Assembly (NCBI GenBank): GCA_000934665.2
Contig: KZ538239.1
Location: 1-64,000, forward strand
Direction: 5' to 3'
Source: Catajapyx aquilonaris
Taxonomy: Eukaryota
Length of the DNA: 64,000 bases
Program-made: the position numbers and the translations under genes
Notes under the pieces: generated by a model
Seen by the model: only the letters and a program-made list of their open reading frames with translations
Database searches by the model: none
What the model was told of the DNA's origin: nothing
Part shown: positions 1 through 13,900 of the stretch, one piece after another
Numbering within the stretch: the first letter of the stretch is position 1
Layout: the number at the start of each line of letters is the position of its first letter

Positions 1-603
1 CACCTAAGGTGACAAACTTTGATGTCAAAGAAGCGACAACTCTTTCGCGACCCGGGGTACGGAACGACCTCCCATTGTCACTTTTTTGGATCCCCTTCCA
101 AGAGTATAAAGTGTCGAAATTAAGATGAGTGAGCAGCCAAGCGGACACCCCCTTTTGATGCAATCTCGGAAGAAGAACAAAAAAAAGAGGCACATATTTT
201 AGACACGCGCCAGCTGGCAAATCCTACAAAAAAAAAGTGGTTGACATCTTCTTGCCAAAAATTTAGGTTATGCCAAATGATTAATTCCTTCCATTCAAAT
301 TTTCCACGAACAATGACTATTACAACACAGGTTTGATGGAGAGAGAAAAAAAATAATGAAATGACCAGTGGCACGGAGAAAGTATGTTGTCCCATTCATT
401 GCACATTTTTATGCGATAAGTCAATTTCCACTTTAATGTTGGAAAACTTTGGCACATATTTTTAAGCAGAAGGAAAACTTCCTGGGTTTCAACTTATTAT
501 TAAATGACGTAAAAATTGTCCAATATTTTTTCACATACTTAAAGTACATAAACGGTTACTCTTAGCCATTTCTGCAACGTATGTGCAAAAAAAATGTGTG
601 GAG

Positions 604-685
604 TCAGTTAAGAAAAAATTGGTGGAAATATGCCCGATATAAGTGGTTATATCGGGCATATTTCCACCAATTTTTTCTTAACTGA
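604..685. repeat. Perfect inverted repeat: 39-bp arms, 4-nt loop
   Basis: 604-642 TCAGTTAAGAAAAAATTGGTGGAAATATGCCCGATATAA is the exact reverse complement of 647-685; the loop is GTGG. Confidence 0.95.
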
Positions 686-2872
686 TTTTTTGCACTTATA
701 GCTAAAAGGTGATAAGTGTGTACCTGCAGAGTTTATAAAAATGTGTTCCGGAATTGAAATCGTAACGGGTTGAGACGCTTCTCACAGGGTTGGGTCAGAC
801 GGGGCCAACGTTGTCGACGTGAAGGAATGTGTCTCTAAGTTGACCTCGTGATGGGTGGGGTGTTGTTTTCAGGTAGTGGAAGAGGGGTGGTGGGGGAAAG
901 GGGAGGGTAAGGACCCACTGCTAAGAAGGCTGACCCAAATTTGAACAGGTGTAAACGTGGTTTGGCTCCAGGGCGAGAGTGATAGGAAACATTCATATAT
1001 GTATATATACGCATTGTGGGTCGTTGCCTTGTGTCTCTCTCTTCAAGGGTTGAGGACGTAATGGTCCAGTCCAATTGAATTGGCAATCGGTGGGATTGGC
1101 CGCCATTAAAGTGGGTGGTAACCAATTGGGGAGTAGGGGGGGAGAGGAAACGGGATCTTGGCTTTTATTATGCGGTTTGATTTAGCTGGATTTTTTGGTT
1201 GCGCCCCTCATCGTTGTTTTTTTTTGCATTCCAATCTGAATGATAGGTTATGGTCGTAACCCATTGTTTCTTTTTTTTTGTGTGATGAGAATTTTCGAGG
1301 GTGATTGTTAGGTTCGTTCGGGAAACTTGGGGAGGTTTAAAAGTCAGATAATTTTACACTTTACGCTTCTTATTACACGCATTTTTTTTGCAGGCGAAAT
1401 CTTGCGGTGAAAAAGTATGAATCTATCAATCAATTTGGTCAAGATTGCCACAGGTCTTTTTGGGCAATTCCTCTGTCATTATACGTCTTCTGACTCACGA
1501 AAAGTATACAAGCCCTAGTTAAATCGTGCAACTAAAGGCGTTCGTTCGTATGCATAATTAGTTACAGCACCGCGTAGTCATCACTCACAACGACAACCTG
1601 CAATTGGATAAGTCTTGCAGCATACTCCTCGACAACGAAATTGCGCCTACAACAACCTGGGTCTTATGTAGGTTAACTCCAACCTCAACCCCCCATGAAA
1701 CTCATCTCATGTATAATTCACCGACCCACTCTGTACGTGTATGTGGGCATTAAAATATTTGTTTGCTTTTTTTTCTTTCTAACTAACTCTACTACACCAA
1801 TAGTTTGTCAAATTCCTGCCTCCTCCAGCATCTCTTTCTCTCTCCAACAAAAGCCATTCACTCGGCTCCAAAAGATCGAGAGACGTACACGACCTCAGAC
1901 ACGTAGTCGGTCGGTCGAGCTACTTCTGTGGGTCCGAACTACAATTCGGAGTCTGCTGAGGTGATAAACTCTGAGGATTGGTCACGAGAGCCAAGGCCCG
2001 GTTCCGTTAATACAAGCCAAAGCGCGGCCTTGCCGGATAGTTGTAGTAAGCCAATTTTCGGAAACGTGAGCTCAGACTCTCTTTTTTTTGCATTTAAGAA
2101 GGGCTCGGAGGAATCCTTGGGGATAAGAAGAATCTGCAGGTTACCTCTGAGCGAAAAATACCGTTAAGCGAATTCCTTTAGTCAACAAGCACGGGAAATC
2201 GGGCCGATAGACATACAACAAAGAAGCCAGTGTGAATATCGCTCATTGTTTTGAGCCAAATAAAATGACCTTTCAAAGTTGCAAAAATTTCCAGATTTGC
2301 GACCAGAGAGAAAATTTCGACACTTAAGATGATGCCCTAGTGTGCGAATCTTTTGTAAAGTTTCTCTGCATAATTGCATAGATTTCCCTTTCCACTAGAA
2401 ATTATGTGGGAGGTATATGTATATCCAAACTAGTCTGATAGAGACCTGTCTGTCTGTTGGGTGGGTGAAGAAGAAAATATTGTAGATGATGGTGATGAAG
2501 GGATGGGGGGATAAAGATGAGAATTTTCTCCCTGGCATCAAGGTCGATTGAAATCTGGAGTGATCATTAGAAAGCCGGATCTTTACACTCCCGGGCATCC
2601 TTTTCATCTTCCGTCTTTTATCAACACTTAATAATAATAAGCGGCTCATTAATCCGACAAAAGTCAATTTGCGACATTTTGCTGATAAGTCACGCCACTA
2701 ACAGCAGCAGGATTCAGACCGCATATTTTGTAGATGAAAATATGATTGATTGTAGGGTGTTGTCTGTATATTTATTTACTAATTAATTGATTGCTCTTAT
2801 TTCTTGCCAGAATTTGGACTAATTAATACCTGTTTGGTACCCATTGATTGCCAAAAAATTTCTTGGCTATTG

Positions 2873-3055
2873 CAGGGGGCGAATATTATTATTTTTGTCT
2901 ACCACTCCAGACTTTCATCTTGGAGTTCCTAATTTTTAATTACTGGGTTTATATAGCCATGTTAAAAACAGGCACTCCATGGCTCATTTTGGAGTGCAAA
3001 TAATAATTTTGGAGTGCAAATATTGCACATTTGCATCCGAATATTTCCACCCCTG
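2873..3055. mobile_element. Small non-autonomous DNA transposon (MITE) with hAT-like CAGGGG...CCCCTG ends and a 6-bp flanking duplication
   Basis: Left end CAGGGGGCGAATATT; right end AATATTTCCACCCCTG. CTATTG lies directly on both sides (2867-2872, 3056-3061). Internal direct repeat ATTTTGGAGTGCAAATA occurs twice. Confidence 0.6.
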
Positions 3056-6000
3056 CTATTGGCACAAACTCATCACGCAACGACCTTGCTAGGTTTTGTG
3101 AGAAGAAAAGCCTCGTAATTAACACCCCAATTTTTTTTTATATCGATAAGGGCCGGGCAGATCGGAATTTGATTGGCGGCGAATCATCCAACGATGAGCT
3201 CAGATCCGGGTATCCTTGGCAATTAAATTCCCGTTGCGAATCGATCCCAAAGGTCCCTCTATCTACTTGCGAATTTTATCCTCGCTCCCGATCCTTATCT
3301 GCATATATATGCCAGTACAACAACAAAAAAATATTGTACGCACTTTTGCAATGGTTGTTTGCATATTCTGACCAGTCAGCCAGTCGGGACGAGGTACAGT
3401 TAGAAGGCAGTCGGCCAGGGATGTCTTGCGATGAGACCATCCTGAAGGTAATGGAAGCTGCAGAACTTCGGAGTACCGTACGCTTTTGTTCGTAGCCGGG
3501 GAGAGAAGAAGAAAAAAAAACTCCCAGCGGCCATTTGCATCAGGCTTTTCTGAAAGGAGACCTTTTCACCCACATTGCACGACTCAGGTGGGTATTACGG
3601 GGTCAGAGGGCACAGGTGTAGAAATAAGTGGGTCGCAACGGGGGCCATTGCCAAGGACGAAGTTTTCTAGAGCAGACCTACATTTTTTTATTTTAATCTG
3701 CAAATTTTTTTTTAAGTGCCGTGTGAGGACCATTTAATATTTTTTATTGGGTGGAAAAAAATGCAGTCGAGTGGTACACAGCACACCTTCACTGTTACAC
3801 CGGTATTATGATGTGGCCATCCAAGGATCCCGCAAAACACTTGACCGTGGAGATTACCGGTGCTTTGTAACATTTGAGCTCTCGCCTGTGTGCGCGGGGT
3901 TTGGGAAAAATACGAGAGTTTTCGCTTTTCTGACCAGGCCAAGTACATACCAATGGAATAAGCAACGGGTACTTGCAACAAAAAGTACACGAATTCAACA
4001 AAAAAAATATAACAGCAATCTACGTTGGCTCCCACCATGTTAACAATAACTGATATCGGTTCAGGTCATTTATCAGAAAATCCCGATTGTGTGTGTGTGT
4101 GTTTTTAAAAATAAAATGCAGCTGGTTTTTTGAATCGCATGTTTGTAATTGAAACCGACAAACTTTCGCGTGCAATACACGTTTAAAAAAAATTAAAAAT
4201 GCGGGTGTGGGTTATTGGTTGCGGTTTGAAACGCGCGTTTCGAGAAAGTGCTTTTCATCTCGGCAGCCCCACATTTATCGCCTTTTTTGGGGGAAAACCG
4301 GTTACAATAATTTTAATCATCAAAGGAGAGGGGCGCAGTACTGGTCACTGCCCCCTTCTCCATCACGTTCCAATAGATCTCACCGACCTCGAACCATGGA
4401 GTCTAGACTGGATCCATTTCCATATCCTCAATGTGGACGACTATTACTAATATACGGCCCCAGTCGGCTGGGCTATGTTGTAACAATAAAAGTTGCTGAG
4501 TAATAGCTAAATTATCTGCACTGTGGTACGACATTCCTGTGTCAACGTACCTAATAACCGAATCGCAGTGGCTGCCACTTATACTCTCTTTTTTTTTTGT
4601 TACTCCCTTTCAAATGTCTGGAACCAGTTCGCCATAGTTCGTACAGAGGATTAAGGCAGCCAGGTACTGCCGGGATTTATTTGCAAAAAAAAATGTGAAG
4701 GCATCTCCGGAAATTTTAGACAAATATTATGCCTCTCAATAATACTGGGGAATTTATGGAAATGTGACAATAATTTAGGCGGATCCCATCAATTTTCATG
4801 AAAAAATGAGCTTATGGTACTCCCCACTTCCTCCTGAGGTCACAACACACCAAATTTCCCTATAAAGTCCTAGCACAAAAATTGGAGAGTTTTTTCAAAG
4901 TCATAATTTATAAAGTCCATGTACTGCCTGATGCCAACACAAATAGACTTACTTTGGAATCCGGCTCTATTGTTTTTGAGAAAACAGTGAAAGGATTGCA
5001 ATGCAAAAATAAACCTGCATGATGCAATGAATATTCCTGACAGCAACCGTTAGTAATAATTTACACTAGTTATTTTGGACCAGCTGGTCACGGCCATCAT
5101 TGGCATGTAGTGTACTACGTCATACCCTGCTAGCTATCAAAATATTTCCTGTTCAAGAACACCCACACATGAAACTCATATGTCTGCAATACATCGAGCC
5201 AGTTCAATCCAAATGCTTTATTTATTGACATATTTTTTTTCTTCTAATTATGATCATAATATTTCATCTCCCAATTATGTGGATGAACTACTTCCCCCCC
5301 ACATGTCTGTGGATAGGGGGTAGCCACCCGCTCTTTCTCCTTCTGGGGTTCAACGGTTGGGGTAAAAATCCTGAGAATCCGAGTGGCGTGAACCACAAAT
5401 CAGCCGAAGGAAGCCATCCAGCGTCAAGCATGGAAAATGGCCGTGGAGAAGAAGCCAAGAAGAAGAAGACGTGCCTGGCTTTTCGGGATTCCTCCTGGTT
5501 CCTTTTCACTTCTTTTGCTGGCCTCCCCTTCCGNCCCCCCCCCTCTCCAGCAGAGTTGAAGTCAGCCAGTGGCACCTACCCATCTCCCAGGTGCTTGGCC
5601 GAGGAAGGAAGGTGGAAGTGGCCAAGGTCTTTCACCTGCTGAGGTGTGCTTTATGGAGCGAACTGGGAGGGAGGGAGCAGCAGCCTTTTACTCTTTTCCA
5701 TCCTCAGCAGACAGAAGCAAAAGAGTTTCCTACACACACATTTACGCTCAGCTGCCTCTTCCCGGCTCCTTCTGGCGTCACAACCCGAGTTGAAGAAACA
5801 CCATGTCTTCCTCCAGTAATTACCAGGTCGATGCCTGCTTGGCTTTGGGGGGGTTCCATCCGTCTAGCTCGACCGTCCTCTTATTCACAAGCAAACATGT
5901 ACACCCGGTACAGAAAGAGGAACAACGTGGTTCTCACGGTACGGAGGTGTCGACACCCTCTTTTCGGAAGGGGTGCTCCATGCGACTGCCCTACATATGC

Positions 6001-6234
6001 ATCTCCCACAGTGTCATTGTCAATCTGGAGGAAAAAAAAGGGGCGGCAACCTTGAAGCAATTGCACAGGTGCACTCTTCAAATGATTGTCTGAGTGCTTC
6101 TCGGCTTTAATGGACTGATTGTTCTCTAGAGAGATTACCAGTTGGACCTTCAGTGAAGTTTCTCAGTTTCAATCCACTGTGAATGAACGTTTTAATTTTG
6201 ATTAATTTTTTTCAGTAAATATGTGTATGCCACA

Positions 6235-6428
6235 GCTCATCCACTGATAAAACCTATAGCTTTTCCTTCAGCAGGATAGGACCGAGTCAGCATCAATATC
6301 CTGACATTTGCTGAAAAATCAATCAATATTAAAGCAATGGACGCTATTGATTCAAAATGTCTGGATATTGATGCTGACTTGGTCCTATCCTGCTGAAGGA
6401 AAAGCAGGTTTTATCAGTGGATGTGAGC
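6235..6428. repeat. Imperfect fold-back with ~75-bp arms, probably MITE-derived
   Basis: ATCCACTGATAAAACCT..GCTTTTCCTTCAGCAGGATAGGACCGAGTCAGCATCAATATCCTGACATTT pairs with AAATGTCTGGATATTGATGCTGACTTGGTCCTATCCTGCTGAAGGAAAAGCAGGTTTTATCAGTGGAT, with a few mismatches and small indels. Confidence 0.85.
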
Positions 6429-7779
6429 AGACAGTGACGCAATGTTTTCTCAGATTGTTTGCAATTTTTTTTTGAAGTTGCAGAGAGGGGGTCGGAACGC
6501 AATGGATTTGCAAATTGCAGGTGGAAAGGAATGTTTCCCACACTTCTTTGGCTAAGATGGCAAGTTAGGGCCGCATTCATTCACGTAACTTACACGCACT
6601 CACACACATATGGAGAAACAGCGCATTGGGGGCCATTCTCACTCGGGAACGCGATACGTGCGGATATGTCTCATAAATGAGCCAGAAAAGTATGTGGGAC
6701 ATACCGCATAATAACAGGCGCCCGATTACGACACACATTGTATGAAACGTCCTGATTTTTTCTGAGACGATGTGTGGGTGGTGCACTGCCCCTATGTAGT
6801 CCACAGTCCAACAACCGATTGTTCGATCCAGCAACCAGTTCAAAAGTGAAGCAGCATGTTCTTTAGCTTGGATGTTTATGCTCCAGCCATGTTTTTGCTC
6901 TAATTCCTGCAGTTTTCCAGGCCCAACAAGCAATATTCGGTCCAACCCACCCATTCACACGCACCCACACCCACACATACAAACGACAAACCACAGTGTT
7001 GTATAGGTGAGCGCACAATCTTTGTTTCGGTGCGACAGAAACAACCGTGCGTCCAGTTGTAAATATAATTCTCACGACACAGTGGAAACAATCCTTGGTC
7101 TTAAGACAATACTACTGGAAAGTGGAGCATCGCACTTGAGCTGACCTAGGGATCCAGCAAAGCCAGAGCTCAGGATGTGTTGCTTGTGATCCCAAGGTTC
7201 TCTCTCTCTCTATCTCCTTTATAAAAGCCCAGGCTCTGTAAGAACTCACGAGTGTATTCACTTTTGAACCGGTTACATGATGTGGAAGAATGGTGAAGAA
7301 AGAAAGAAAGAAAAAAAGCTGTTCTCTTTGCTCTATGGTATGTAACAATGCTGCACAGAAAGTGACCGTACTGGATAACTAGGAAAATTACTTTCGAGGT
7401 TTTTAAATTATTATTTGAAATAATGTAAGGTGATGGAAATGCTACCAATGTCCATCAAACTGTTTGACAGAATATTGTGTACAACATTATGGTCGAAGTG
7501 GGCGTCAACTTTGAAAGCGGATATCAGTTTTTAAATTATTCAAACTCAGCAGGACACCGGACATTCCTCACCCTCATTGACATACGAGAAACCGAAAGCA
7601 TGTCCATATTCAAACTAGGATGAAAGTGAAACGTCAGACTTTCACAGTCCTCCAGGACCACAACCTCTCAAGTTCAAATATCTTTTATCAAAGACTCTTC
7701 TTTGCACACTGTGAATGGCAACAAACCAGGAAAGGACTCGCAGCGCCTATAAGGAAGAAGTGCACGCACTATACATGTA

Positions 7780-7948
7780 CAGGGTGTGGTTTAAAGTCAC
7801 GGTTTTGGAGACGAGCTGAGCAAGTACCCAGTTACCATGTGCCGGACAGATTTTCCGGCTTGTTTTACGGATGATTTTTACCTCCGATTCGTCACAGGAC
7901 TTGGGTTTCGGTTCCGTGTTGTCTTTTTCTTCCCAAGCACACACCCTA
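7780..7948. mobile_element. Possible Tc1/mariner-type MITE
   Basis: Ends read TA|CAGGGTGTG ... CACACCCTA|TA: short termini with TA flanks. The TIR match is only ~8 bp. Confidence 0.3.
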
Positions 7949-10900
7949 TACTGTGGGGACATCGAGATGGATCCGGACAAGCCAAAATGGGTGCGGTCAA
8001 ACTTTTATTTTACGTTTCAGTTCAGTAGGGACGGAAATGGCGTGCGAAATCGGGTGTTGCGTAATGTCACAGCTTTTTTTTAAAAAAAAAGGGGCAGGAA
8101 ATAAGCTTTTAAATAGGGTTTACCCGATAAGGCAGGGTAGAATACACAAATGTTATGCCCCACCCTGTTTAAAAAAAAAGAGACGGTTATCAGGTGCTTG
8201 TCCCACTTTTGCAACAAGATGTAAACGTGTAATTACAACACGGTTTCAACCGAACGGATTCGTGTCCAATAAACACACTCGAAAAATTTGACACTCTTTA
8301 AACATGATTAATACCGGCTGTTATTTTCCAGTAGAAGCGGGTAGAAAAGCAGAGCGCGCTTGTGAAACTGCGTTAAAACATGGACCTGGCACCGGTTTGT
8401 AACATGCTATCCGTAACACGTATATGGTGAAAAGAGTTGAAGTGAAAGCTCCCCAAACTGGTAATGCGCCCNGGGGGGGGGAAGATTTTAAGTCTCTCTT
8501 TTTTCTCTCTCTCTCATATAAAAAAACAACATTGTACATATTTTATGGTACGCCAATCCCGATCATGAGAAAACAGCACCTCCTGGTTTATTTTTCAATT
8601 TCGCCGCGAAATAACGGAGATATGGTCGTAAAACCAGGTTGTCAGCTGAGAATGCGGCTGTGCCATCTTTACCTTCTTTTTTTTTGAAAATCTTTTTGTT
8701 ATTCGGTCTACACGAAGGTATGACGCTCACGTGGACGCTCATTTTTTTTTGCGACATCTTTAAAAAAAAAATTAAACCTTGGCCTTGGCACGGCATCTGT
8801 TCAGGACACAGTACATGTTATTGCGATACGGTGGTTGCGGACTCGATGGGTTTTAATACCGGTTGTTGGGGGTCTTCGATCAGACTAATTCACCGCTTCC
8901 TCGTGTTTTGCCTTCAGGCTTGAATGGGACCTCCAAAATCGGGTGGCCTCCAGGGGAACAAAGATTCCATTCTTTATTTTTTGGACAGGTCTTGTCTCTC
9001 TTTAAAAAAAAATGGGCGAGAGAAAGAGCAAAGAAAAAAAATATATAATGGAGGCACACTCAAGGCTGCATGTTACGTGTAAAACTCTTTGGATCGTGCC
9101 TCCTTTTTTTGGTAAAAAAAATCAATGGACCTGAGTCGTGATCAGGTGCTATTCGATTGATACTCACTCAATCAGTGGACTTCGATTATTTGGTTGCATC
9201 ACGTGAATGCTGCTGGGATATTGGAAAGTGCGGAATTTCCTCACGTTTCTTTGCTAACTGACGAAAATGGCGATTGTGCTATTCAGAAGCAGACGATTAC
9301 TCAAAATATTTTGGCACTGCTAGTATTTATTTATTTACTTCATTCACCACATTCTAGGGGACGATCTTACCAGTGTGTACCAACATTTTTTTGGTCTAAA
9401 TTTCACCAGTGTTGCTGCGTGATGTCTTAAAGTACACAGGTTTTCGTGTGTGGCATGACTAAGTAGGTTTAAGAAGCATCGTAATCCGACCTTGAGATGC
9501 CCTGACCCAGAGACAGCCTCGGGCCCGAGTTTGCCCCACCAGGTTCCAATTTTAAGTATTGCCCGTTTTTTTGGTTTGAAAAAAATGCCAGACTGGTTTT
9601 TAGCTCGCAGATTTTTCGCAGGTTCGCGTGATATTGCGACGAAGCTTTCTTTGTTTGTATGGCGTGTGAACACATTGCCACATATAATTCCGACAACAAC
9701 GAAAAGAAAAACAGCTTTATTTTTGCAAGTGATGTTTCACGGCCATGCATGTTTGTTACATAAGTTCGCCACATATACTCTCGGGTGTGTGCTAAGCAAT
9801 GTGTTTCGACATTTCCGCATGCGTTTGTTTCTCACGTCTCCCCCCTTCCATATAAAAATAATAATGGTACGTGGAATGGTAGAAAAGATGCAGCATTGGA
9901 AGTAAGAGAGCATAAAATGGTGTCTCCTCCTTCATGCATTTCCTTCCCGCCCTTCCTGTTCCTGCCACAAGAGCTTGAAGGAGAAAAAAACACAGAAAAA
10001 AAGATCTAGTTAATTGGGTTAATTGATCTTCTATTTATAGACTCAGTGTATATCGTGCCAGGATGTGAGCCAGCCATTGAACTTGATTGTGCTCCAGGTG
10101 GAGTAATCGATTGGAACTAATAAGACGAGCTTTGAGAGATTGGGGCTTGCTGCTGCTGTGATCAAGTCTTCCGCGAATTGTAATCGAGGAAATGGAATTG
10201 TAGGCCAAGGTGAGGGTAGGGCTTCTGTGTCTCTAATCTACACCTACACTTTGGTGGTATTAAGGCTGAAGATTAGCTCAATAAGTATGCAGAAGATACC
10301 ATTTTTACAGTAGTCTTCTGAACAGTCGAATTCCTTTGTAAAAAGTGAATAACTGACACGGTGTGTAGGTTCAAAATTGATGCCTTATTTGTTCCCGAAC
10401 AAGTACAAAAAAAGACTTTCTTTACCGCATATCCTATAGCTAGTCCTTTGAACATTTTTATTGTGCTTGAAGTAAAAGAGTAGGCCAACTACACCAGCCG
10501 CATCCTTCACAAAAGACAAGCCCAATTCTTGGTTGGCATTGTGACAAAGTCAAAACCTTCAGTCAGGTTACATCACTTTGGAGCCTATAATCTGTGGAAG
10601 AACCACCGTACACTTTGTACCATTTCTCGCCACGTTCCATTTAGTGCTTCGGAACAATACACTCTGAGGTTTCCCATGACCAGACGGCACTTCCTCTTGA
10701 GCAAAGTTGGTGCCATTATTGCTATGCCTCACGCGAAGAGGAAGAATAGAGACCAGCAGCAGAATATATATTATTTTAGAGGCTTCATTCTCTAGGTGCC
10801 TGCTTCCACTTTATCTTCTTCCTCCTGTTCATGGACAGTCAAATCGGTCTGCCCAGCTTCCTCTCACCTTATGTAGTGAACATCCTTGGACTCTTGCAGT

Positions 10901-13900
10901 GATGCTTAGCTCCGGCCTGGGTCAGGGTGAGCCAGACACAAATTGCCATCCTCCAGGGCATGGGATTCCTTCGTATACATGCAGGGCGGACTCATTGTGA
11001 ATCCTGATTACAATGTGCGCACCTTGAGGACGATTCCTGATGAACTGGAAAGAAGAGAAGGATATATAAAAAATATATATATAATATGTAATGGGGGTTT
11101 GGTCCAAGGACGAATATTCGCTTCCATGTTTACGTTCGACTTACTCCTCCCATTTTAGGGAGCGGCTCTTATTTGCATCTATCGTCTTTGAGGTTAGTCT
11201 CAAAGTCTATTCTCGAAGGTTGTATGTTAAAAAGATCCATTTTGGATCGATGGTATGTTGATAAAGGGAGTACAAAAAAAAGAGAGGATATATTACAGGT
11301 TTACTTCCGTCATGCTGAGATGAATTGCTGTTTATTTGCATCGTAATAACCTGGTCTTGTAAACAAGATTAACATTCTTTCAAAAATATTTTCTGTTCAA
11401 GGCAACAACACAAGTGGTGTTAATTATTAGGAAGAGGTCTAGTGCTGGATCTCCTCGGGAATGTGTAGTCTATACGCAAACGATAAGCAAAAAGGCCGTG
11501 TGGATGGTTAGGGGATATTTGGGCAAATGCAGCAGTGTGGAAACTTACAAGACCAAAAAAAAGAAGAAGAAGAAACAATGAAGTGTTTTTATCCCCCGCA
11601 GCTCTGGTGCAAGTTACGGTCATGACCTCAATGGAAATATTTTCTTGCAAGAGGATTTTGAGGCCCAGATATCCAAGAAATAATGAATATCCTATATTCT
11701 CTGACAGACACAAGATGAAACTGAACGTAACTGAAACAATAAGTTCTGCTACTACAATCATCAACTACAACTAATCAATATGTATTTTTAGATTGGTATA
11801 ATGATGTGCCTGGCAAACACAAGGTTTTAACATCTAGCGGTATATCAATACCATGTGAATATAACAGAACTTGTTATTAGCGTGTGACAGTACAGGGTAG
11901 TTGATAGTTACTAAAGCCAATAATCGCTACTTGACCCGGCACACTTTTGTCGTCTTTATAGTGCTGAAAGCAGTGGACACAAAATCTTGCCACCTGCTAC
12001 AACACTTCTAAAAACAAACATCAGAACAGTTGGTAGGTGAGACCTTAATAATGCCCACAACATCGCATCGACTGGCCTCGCCAATATATTTTTTTCCCCC
12101 TTGCTTCAAAATGAAAATAGGCCCAGGTATTTAGGTGTGGCTCTGAAGAGGAAGCACACACAAAAAAGACCTTCGTTTCCTTTCTCAATCGGACGTGCTC
12201 GAACTCTTAGTTTCCTCTTCTATTTAGGACATCTTAGCCTCTGGGCGAAGACGGCAACTTCCTGCATTCCCCTTCTAACGGGAGCGATGATGATAGTAAT
12301 GACTGTATCTTCGAGTCATCATCCGAGACGTTTCTAGACAACTCGACAATCTCCACCCATTTTAGCAAGGACTACGCTGACAAAAATATATATTATTAGG
12401 TGCATACAATTTGGGCAAATAATAAATTGCGAATAAACTTTACATACCTGAATGATATCTTAGGTATTTTATGCACTTTTCTTGTGTCGAAAAAGACATT
12501 GACAGCAGCAACCTTGGGGCGTGGTTTTATCTGGATTGTTGACAACCTAAGGCTATTGCCACGGGGGCCTTGACAGACATAGACGCTTCCATGGGCTCAA
12601 CCTGAAATCTTGATGTAGCAGACAAGATCTCTACTTCTTCTTTTTTTTTTGCTGAGTATTATATGGCTCCGGACAACAACGCGGAACGATTACATCATCG
12701 GCAGCACCCACCTTTTCTTCCTTTATTGGCGCTGGGACGGAAAGGTCCTTTTCATGACTGACCACCCAGAGGCCTTCTTCTCTTCCTTCCCCATCATATA
12801 TGAAAGGTGGCACTTTGAGATAAGACTAACTTTGCCTTGTATCAGGGTGCCGGGTCGTTGCCTCATGGTCAACGTGTTTTTACGCTGCATCAGAAGATTT
12901 TTTTCTTTCTTTCTCGCGGTTAAAAATAATAGACTTGAGGTCATTAGCAAAAAGAGAGTCACAGATGAGACGAGTATTTAAGGAATTTTTTTTGCGCCTT
13001 AAGAATGTACTGCAAGTAACGGAACCAGCAGGTTTTGCGACAATTAAAGTTTGGAAATGTACAGCGTTCGTTTAGTTTCCCACTGAAGAAGCCATAGATC
13101 GTGACTGCTGCTCATCCTCTGTGTAATGATATTCTCTTTTTTTTGCACATTTTCGGTCGGTAGTAATTTGCTAATGATCTCAAATTAGCAAGTGATTGAC
13201 GTCAACCTGTGAGTAAACAACGGGAAAAACAAGCCACAAGTTAGTGTCATCCATCATTCATAGTGAGGTATGCATATATGGGGGGTCCACCACCCTGCTT
13301 CCTTTTACAGCCAGTTGGAAAAATGGGGCCCAATAAATTATTTTCTCAGCTCGTTCTCCCCGTAACACTGACATATCCAAACTTAGCTAACAATGGCATA
13401 ATTTGTCACACAAGTGTTACGTCTGAAACAAACGCGCCTCTGAAGTAAACAATGACATTGTCATTCTCATGGCAACAGGAGCCGTTACTTGTGACGTAAA
13501 AAGTGCACATTAGAAATGTACAATATTTGCTGAAATATTGGCTACTTTCAATAATATTCGTGGCTTGGCTTCTTTCGCAAGACAGGTGCACCTAGCCACG
13601 TATACCAAAAGTTAATTGAATTACAGAATGTTTCCAAACGTTGGCTCATGCTCGGAATAATAATCTTACTAATACGTGACTTTTTTAAAATGCCGGGGAT
13701 AAAAAAAACGAAAAAGTCATGAGAGTCGCAGCCAATCCTGTCGTAAGCGCCAGAAAAATTAATAAAAACCACACTCTGCTTTCACTCCTTGCTGAAATGG
13801 TTATCCATTAGGAAAAACCGTACCATGTGCACAACCAGCACAAAAATCGTGACAATACCAACTCATAAATTCGTGTCTCTAATTATATATATATCCCCCT

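Noticed and set aside
1851..1890. Initiator plus DPE core promoter (CCATTC ... AGACGT)
   Set aside because: The Inr match is imperfect and the DPE-like hexamer is at +26 rather than +28, so it is not supportable without TSS data.
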